A stretch of 64,000 nucleotides of DNA from an uncultured virus (IMG/VR IMGVR_UViG_3300025647_003907) (Duplodnaviria > Heunggongvirae > Uroviricota > Caudoviricetes). The position numbers and the translations under genes were made by a program. A model generated the notes under the pieces. That model had not been told where the DNA came from and searched no databases. It saw nothing but the letters and a program-made list of their open reading frames with translations. Location of the stretch: the IMG/VR virus record IMGVR_UViG_3300025647_003907; one strand, written 5' to 3'. Below, one piece after another: positions 58,832 through 64,000 of this stretch. Every line of letters starts with the position of its first letter. Position 1 is the first letter of the stretch.

Positions 58832-59715
58832 TATACTGCCATTGGAGCTTTAATAGGTGGGTAAGATTCGTAGTTTTCCAAAAAGATATCGTCCATGGTA
58901 AATTTGTCAATATCACCGATAGTAGGATCTAGACGTAGCACGGGCTGAGTCAGTGGTACCCTGCTGAGTTGTTCACGTACTGCGTCTAGATGATTGAGAT
59001 AGATATGAGCATCACCAATTGTGTGTACAAACGTACCTGGTGTCAAGTTACATACTTGTGCAATCATGTATGTTAGCAAACTATAACTGGCAATATTAAA
59101 TGGAACACCCAGGAACATGTCTGCACTACGCTGATATAACTGACAACTTAGTTCGCCATCGTCACTGACATAAAACTGGCTTAATACATGACACGGCGGC
59201 AATGCCATTTGATCAAGCTCGCCCGGATTCCACGCAGTTAATATATGTCTGCGTCCAAATGGATCTCGCTTAATGCCATCAATTAAGTTTTGAAGTTGAT
59301 CAACGGTTTCGTAATGCCCAACTTGTAGATCATCTTCCCAGGACATGTTGTTAAATTTGCGCCATGTGCGCCATTGTACACCATACACACGTCCTAAGTC
59401 GCCAGGATATTGTGCTTTTGACGCCCAGTAATCTGCCTCTGCGTTAGCAGTCCAAATAGTTTTCTTTTCTGGATCGCGTGTGCCGTGTAGAATTTCTGCT
59501 AGTCTACGTTCGTCACCGGACCCTTCAATAAACCATAACAGTTCAGAAACAACGGCTTTCCACGCTAAACGTTTAGTAGTGACAGCAGGGAAATGCCCAC
59601 GGATATTATAACGAGTTTGAAGACCAAATAGGCTGCGAGTCCCGACACCAGTGCGGTCAGTGCGGTCTTGCCCGCGATCGAGAACTTCTCTAAGAGCGTC
59701 ATGATATTCCCTCAT
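58831..59715 (-). CDS. thyA: Thymidylate synthase
   Basis: DRTGVGT, ELLWF, GRVYGVQWR, MALPPCH, LYQRSADMFLGVPFNIASY, GDAHIY. Confidence 0.97.
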   Translation of the reverse strand: MREYHDALREVLDRGQDRTDRTGVGTRSLFGLQTRYNIRGHFPAVTTKRLAWKAVVSELLWFIEGSGDERRLAEILHGTRDPEKKTIWTANAEADYWASKAQYPGDLGRVYGVQWRTWRKFNNMSWEDDLQVGHYETVDQLQNLIDGIKRDPFGRRHILTAWNPGELDQMALPPCHVLSQFYVSDDGELSCQLYQRSADMFLGVPFNIASYSLLTYMIAQVCNLTPGTFVHTIGDAHIYLNHLDAVREQLSRVPLTQPVLRLDPTIGDIDKFTMDDIFLENYESYPPIKAPMAV

Positions 59716-60176
59716 TGTTTTCTATTTAATACCTGAAATATGTGATCATCAAACTGTTCTTCATGTACAACTTTGAATTCATCTTCGATTCTTTTTAAAT
59801 CAACGTGTGTATCGCAATCGTAATCACCAGGCACACGTGTTAAAAAGATATAATCTAAATCATCAAACACGCTGTTAATTAATACAGCACCGCCGATTAC
59901 CCAGGCAGTTGGAGTAGCATGCAGCATTGAAGTGTCGTACATATGAATTACATCATTAGGAAGGTCTAAATCGTCTCTGCTACTAATTACAACATTACGA
60001 CGCTTAGGCAACGGAGTAGGCATATCTGTGCTTTCCCATGTACCGCGGCCCATAACAACTATACCATTTTCGGTAAGTTGTTTGAATCGTTTTAAGTCAT
60101 CGGAAATCTTTGGCCAAGGCATATGTCCGTTTTTGCCTAAGCCGCCTTTTTCGTCAACTGCAAAAATTGCTTTCAT
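59712..60176 (-). CDS. folA: Dihydrofolate reductase
   Basis: MPWP...DLKRFK.LT...VMGRGTWES...PLPKRRNVVIS...VIGG...CDT; adjacent to thyA. Confidence 0.95.
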   Translation of the reverse strand: MKAIFAVDEKGGLGKNGHMPWPKISDDLKRFKQLTENGIVVMGRGTWESTDMPTPLPKRRNVVISSRDDLDLPNDVIHMYDTSMLHATPTAWVIGGAVLINSVFDDLDYIFLTRVPGDYDCDTHVDLKRIEDEFKVVHEEQFDDHIFQVLNRKQ

Positions 60177-60484
60177 AAATTTTTAAGAAAGTGTTCGGTT
60201 TCCGGTTGTATAATATCAGCAACAGCTTCTAGATCCAAAAAGAAATCTACTTTACGAATATCATCCTGAAAATCAGTTAAAGTTCTAGAGATAATAATTT
60301 CAATTTCTTCAGGATCTAGTCCATTTTCTCTAAGCATTCTAACATTTACTGTTTTTTGCTTAGGACCAATATCACCATAAAGTTTAATTACTAGACGTTC
60401 AATACATTCAACTGGAACATTGGTTTTATCAATGTTGTCAATTATGTGTTGCCATCTATCGTAAAAGTCCTCGCTCAAATACAT
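60173..60484 (-). CDS. Hypothetical protein
   Basis: 103-aa ORF in the operon. Confidence 0.65.
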   Translation of the reverse strand: MYLSEDFYDRWQHIIDNIDKTNVPVECIERLVIKLYGDIGPKQKTVNVRMLRENGLDPEEIEIIISRTLTDFQDDIRKVDFFLDLEAVADIIQPETEHFLKNL

Positions 60485-60518
60485 TAATTGTTATTCTCAT
60501 GGTAAGTGAGGACTGTTT

Positions 60519-61178
60519 TTATGCTTTCGCTTTAACAGCAACACGCTTCTTAGGTGCTGCCTTTTTAGTAGCGGCACGCTTAGGCTTTAGTGCAGGATTA
60601 AGGTTATATGCTTCTGCTTCTAAACGCTTGCTTTCGGCTAGCATACTTTCTGCTTCTGCTGTCATGCGCTGACTTTGTTGCAGCAAATCATTTGCTAAAC
60701 TTTCGTCAGTGATTACACCTGCATCTGCCGCTGCTTCTTGTACCGTTTCTGCTTTTTTCTTAGCAGTTGGGTCTACTAAACCGGCATTGCGATCCATCTC
60801 GGCAAGTTTCTCTGCCGCTTCACCACCAGTAGCCAAATCATCCAGTACAGTGTTTAACTCGTCTAGGCGAATGTGGCTTTTAGCATTGGGAGTAACAACT
60901 ACTTGGTTTGTAGGAACCTTTTTGATATAACCTTCTTTGTGCAGTGCATGCAAAGTATTTCTACCATCTGGTAAAATTTCTCTATCCAATGCATCAGCAA
61001 GATTTTCTGCTTCTTGACCAACTTTGCTTTCGATACAGTTAATTACTGAATCATGAAAGTGGCTTGGAATCACTTCTGTGTAAGTTACTAAACACATGTG
61101 ATCTTCGCCCGGAACTTTGCGATAAACTACAGCAACCTTGCGATCGCCGTGCTTGCCAATATGTTTTACGAATGCCAT
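60519..61178 (-). CDS. Hypothetical protein with a coiled coil and a Lys/Ala-rich C-terminal tail
   Basis: Ends KPKRAATKKAAPKKRVAVKAKA. Confidence 0.75.
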   Translation of the reverse strand: MAFVKHIGKHGDRKVAVVYRKVPGEDHMCLVTYTEVIPSHFHDSVINCIESKVGQEAENLADALDREILPDGRNTLHALHKEGYIKKVPTNQVVVTPNAKSHIRLDELNTVLDDLATGGEAAEKLAEMDRNAGLVDPTAKKKAETVQEAAADAGVITDESLANDLLQQSQRMTAEAESMLAESKRLEAEAYNLNPALKPKRAATKKAAPKKRVAVKAKA

Positions 61179-61181
61179 AAA

Positions 61182-61442
61182 TTAACCCTCTGAGGCTTCT
61201 GTTTCCTCTGTTGTTTCTTCTGCTGCTTCTTCTTGTGCTGGTGCAAGGCTGTTAAGGAACGCATTTAGCTTATTGTAAACACGACCAATTACTTCCATTT
61301 CTTCTGCACGGAAAGCACCACGTTGTGCAGCAACATTAATAATTTGGCGCAATCCAGCTAAATCACCAATGTTTAACCCAACAGCATTAGCAGCTTCTGT
61401 TTGTGCAGCATTTTCTGCTACTTCGTTATTCTCTTCGCTCAT
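61182..61442 (-). CDS. Small acidic hypothetical protein
   Basis: 86 aa with a strong AAGGAG ribosome-binding site and a TAAATA box upstream. Confidence 0.75.
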   Translation of the reverse strand: MSEENNEVAENAAQTEAANAVGLNIGDLAGLRQIINVAAQRGAFRAEEMEVIGRVYNKLNAFLNSLAPAQEEAAEETTEETEASEG

Positions 61443-61474
61443 TATAATCTCCTTGTTTATTAATAGCGTGTGTA

Positions 61475-61482
61475 TATTTAAC
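61475..61482 (-). promoter_or_regulatory. Putative late promoter core (GTTAAATA)
   Basis: On the - strand the intergenic sequence reads tatacgcagttaaatatacac, about 33 nt upstream of the ATG at 61442. Confidence 0.4.
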
Positions 61483-61507
61483 TGCGTATATAATGAGCTA
61501 AATTTTT

Positions 61508-61798
61508 TTAAAAGAAATTGTTGCGATCTTTATTTCTAGACAAAAACGAAAGTGTGAAATATGTTGCTTCTGCTGGATCTTCAAAACCTGCATAAACTTT
61601 GGATAACAGTTTATTCTTTTCTTGAACAGCACAAGTAACTACAGCATAACGCCCTTGTGTATTTTCTGCAATCCATGCTTCTGCTTCGCCATGAATAAAA
61701 ATATCAATGCTATCGATACTTACACGTGCAAAGTGTGCAGGCATCCACGCTAGTCTGCGTGTTTCAAACCAATCTCTAGGATCAATTTTTAACGGCAT
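61508..61798 (-). CDS. Small hypothetical phage protein
   Basis: Ends GFEDPAEATYFTLSF, similar to 58595..58831. The start is uncertain (61798-61804). Confidence 0.65.
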   Translation of the reverse strand: MPLKIDPRDWFETRRLAWMPAHFARVSIDSIDIFIHGEAEAWIAENTQGRYAVVTCAVQEKNKLLSKVYAGFEDPAEATYFTLSFLSRNKDRNNFF

Positions 61799-63047
61799 CA
61801 TCATAATATACAGTAATACCAAACGGTGCTTCTACTTCGCGAGTGCCATGAATAATCCACAGCGTATCGCAGTAGTCTGGATCTCCCCACGAACCCCATG
61901 GATAACCATCGGTAAACACAACCAAGCGTTGCGGTTCCATTGCTTCATTCTTTAAATAGTTAAAGATAGCAGTAAAGTCAGTGCCGCCAAAGCCATTTAC
62001 TTCATAGTCTTCAATATTGTCTAATGTTTCTGAAGTATAAGTTACCGGATTGTAAACATCAGTATCAAATGTAAACAAGTGAATGCGGAACTGTTCAAAC
62101 TCCTCCATAATGCCTTTGATTTCGGAAAGGAAGTCGCGCAGCATTGTTTCGGAAATTGAACCTGAAGTATCAATAGCAACTACAACATCAGTGGTTTCGC
62201 CATTAGTCATGCCCGGCATTACTGAATCCATGTGCCAACCACGACGCGACGGACGCATCCACGAAAAGTCAGTTTTAATAGTAGATTCAATGTGTTGACG
62301 CAGTAGTTCACGCCAATTCATTTTAGGTTCAGTAAATGCTTTAATAAGACGCTTTACACCAGCAGGGGTATTTCCTGCACCTGCTTGTTCAGCAGCACCA
62401 AGCATTGCTTCTTTGAGTTCTTCGCGAATTTTGTCGCGTTCTTCTTTGCTAAGTTTTGGCTTGCCTTTGCCGTTACCGTCTTCGTCATCCTCACTGTCTC
62501 CGTCAATATGCTCGTCGATCATTTGTTCGATGAGTTTGTTCATGTCAATCTTTTCTGCGTTCTCGTACAAGTGATCGTAGATCTCTTCGGAGCACATACC
62601 ATCAAACTTTGGATCATACAAGCAAGGCACAGTAGTAATACGTGTGCCTACTTTAGATTTAATCAAGTCAGAGTTTACAGCATAGTCATCTGCGATATTC
62701 CACAGCATAGGATGACGATCACCGCGGCGACCAAAATGGTCGTAGCAGCAATGAAGAACTTCGTGACCAAATAGGAATTCAAGTTCTTTGCCTTTGAGCA
62801 TTTCAACAAACCGACTATTGTAGTAAAAGTTGCGGCCGTCTGTAGCAGCAGTAGAGCACCAATCGTCGGCATTGGTTAGCTGTAAACGAGTTGCCATGTT
62901 ACCAAAGAATGGACTATTAAGCAGCAAACCTACACGAGCACCAATTAGTTTTTCGCGACTAGCACGATCGACAGCAGGATCAGTTGGGCCAATTAAATTA
63001 GCAAACTTTTCGTTTTCTTTGTTTTGTGTGGTACTATTAGCAGACAT
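61782..63047 (-). CDS. Metallopeptidase plus VWA domain protein (DUF2201-like)
   Basis: TAATDG, HEVLH (HExxH), and the VWA MIDAS motifs AIDTSGSI, GGTDF and FTDG. Confidence 0.9.
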   Translation of the reverse strand: MSANSTTQNKENEKFANLIGPTDPAVDRASREKLIGARVGLLLNSPFFGNMATRLQLTNADDWCSTAATDGRNFYYNSRFVEMLKGKELEFLFGHEVLHCCYDHFGRRGDRHPMLWNIADDYAVNSDLIKSKVGTRITTVPCLYDPKFDGMCSEEIYDHLYENAEKIDMNKLIEQMIDEHIDGDSEDDEDGNGKGKPKLSKEERDKIREELKEAMLGAAEQAGAGNTPAGVKRLIKAFTEPKMNWRELLRQHIESTIKTDFSWMRPSRRGWHMDSVMPGMTNGETTDVVVAIDTSGSISETMLRDFLSEIKGIMEEFEQFRIHLFTFDTDVYNPVTYTSETLDNIEDYEVNGFGGTDFTAIFNYLKNEAMEPQRLVVFTDGYPWGSWGDPDYCDTLWIIHGTREVEAPFGITVYYDDAVKN

Positions 63048-63080
63048 TTTGCACCTTTTTTTGTGTTGCTTAATTTATAT

Positions 63081-63108
63081 ATTATAGCAGATCTTGTTCA
63101 GAAGTCAA
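63081..63108 (-). promoter_or_regulatory. Sigma70-type promoter TTGACT-N16-TATAAT with extended -10 (TGC TATAAT)
   Basis: On the - strand: ttgact tctgaacaagatctgc tataat, upstream of the VWA gene and overlapping the 3' end of the SGNH ORF. Confidence 0.65.
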
Positions 63109-63855
63109 GACTTTTTTAAAGTCACTGTCCTGCACAATAAAATCAAATAGTGTTTTTAAAGCAGTTCTATTTGGGTGAATACCGTCTGGATAGAATAATT
63201 CAGGAGCATCTTTAAATTGTTTTATCCGGTTATTACCTAAATCAATATCAACGAGCAATTCGGAAATATCGCCGGGATTTTTTGAGTATTTTTTAATAAT
63301 TTCAACAAACTCATTATTCGCAACAAATTCACATAAAATAGGATTATTGATTCTATGATCACTATTTAGAAGAAGATTTGTTGCGCTTTGACAAATAACA
63401 TTTACTCCTGGATATTCGTTCTTGTTATCAAACCAAAGAGCATCGCTGCACCCTCCGATGACGTAAAATGGAATATGATAGAAATTATATAGTTCGTTTA
63501 ATCTTATATAGAATCGTTCAACCCATCTACTTTTAAGAGAGGAATATCCATATTTGAGTTCCTCGTGAAGTACTGCTAAACTATTAAAAAGATTTATATT
63601 GTAAGCTCGGTAATCACGCCACCACTCGGTTTTCCATACTATAATGCCTTTAATTTTTTTTCGATAGTGATAATTAATCATTAGAAAGTTTTTTAAACTT
63701 TCGTAGGTATCAAAATTTGAGCCGCCTGGTTTGCTAATGTTTAGAGCATTAACCCCGATGTCGTCAAAATATTCCAGGAAGCCCGGATGGGAAATGCCAT
63801 CACCAACTTCCTGGAATTCGCCTGCACCCCAGCTGTCACCAGCAATAAGTATCAT
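63082..63855 (-). CDS. SGNH/GDSL hydrolase-like protein
   Basis: IAGDSWG, NISKPGGSN, C-terminal DGIHPN (DxxH). Confidence 0.75.
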   Translation of the reverse strand: MILIAGDSWGAGEFQEVGDGISHPGFLEYFDDIGVNALNISKPGGSNFDTYESLKNFLMINYHYRKKIKGIIVWKTEWWRDYRAYNINLFNSLAVLHEELKYGYSSLKSRWVERFYIRLNELYNFYHIPFYVIGGCSDALWFDNKNEYPGVNVICQSATNLLLNSDHRINNPILCEFVANNEFVEIIKKYSKNPGDISELLVDIDLGNNRIKQFKDAPELFYPDGIHPNRTALKTLFDFIVQDSDFKKVLTSEQDLL

Positions 63856-63856
63856 G

Positions 63857-64000
63857 TTAGCTATTGTTGGCGTTTAAGATGTACTTGCCATATTTTTCGT
63901 GGAACTTGTCAAAGTTCTTGAGTTTGGTTGGCTTAAATGGTAGATCGTAAGTGGTAAGAGCAACTCGTGCGCCCATTACTACAAGCTCAACTTCGAAATT
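63857..64000 (-). CDS. C-terminal 47 aa of a probable MoxR-like AAA+ ATPase (partial)
   Basis: Open frame NFEVELVVMGARVALTTYDLPFKPTKLKNFDKFHEKYGKYILNANNS* from the window edge. Identity is inferred from recalled similarity and the nearby VWA partner; no Walker motifs fall inside the window. Confidence 0.5.
   Translation of the reverse strand, partial: NFEVELVVMGARVALTTYDLPFKPTKLKNFDKFHEKYGKYILNANNS

Noticed and set aside
58831..59715. thyA as a dCMP/dUMP hydroxymethylase for DNA hypermodification
   Set aside because: It has canonical ThyA motifs, including PFNIASY with the dUMP-specifying Asn, and is paired with DHFR.
1..64000. Alternative genetic code (stop-codon reassignment), as found in some jumbo phages
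   Set aside because: Standard-code ORFs tile the window densely, include a 5101-aa ORF, and end in TAA, TGA or TAG at sensible gene boundaries.

Overview
This window is a gene-dense, AT-rich segment of a large T4-superfamily-like (jumbo, contractile-tailed) bacteriophage genome read in the standard genetic code. It has three parts. (1) 1-31.5 kb, + strand: a baseplate and tail structural module with gp48-like, gp53/LysM-like, hub, gp5/VgrG-like, gp25-like and gp6-like genes, a 5101-aa baseplate/fibre protein, and a fibre with a C-terminal chaperone domain, closed by an intrinsic terminator. (2) About 32.8-58.6 kb: two converging arms of about 25 tailoring genes. These comprise eight radical SAM proteins (six with an N-terminal Twitch/SPASM-like domain and one full-length DesII homologue), two amidinotransferases, a NodU/CmcH carbamoyltransferase, a DegT aminotransferase, an NDP-sugar SDR, a UDP-glucose dehydrogenase, about six glycosyltransferase-like proteins, an SGNH protein, and a 33-aa peptide missed by the ORF track. 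The set looks like a phage-encoded pathway for an unusual amino/deoxy/guanidino/carbamoyl sugar. (3) 58.6-64 kb, - strand: thyA, folA, small hypothetical genes, and a VWA-metallopeptidase plus a probable AAA ATPase separated by an SGNH gene. All family calls come from motif recognition by eye; no database searches were run. No rRNA, tRNA, CRISPR array or IS element was seen.
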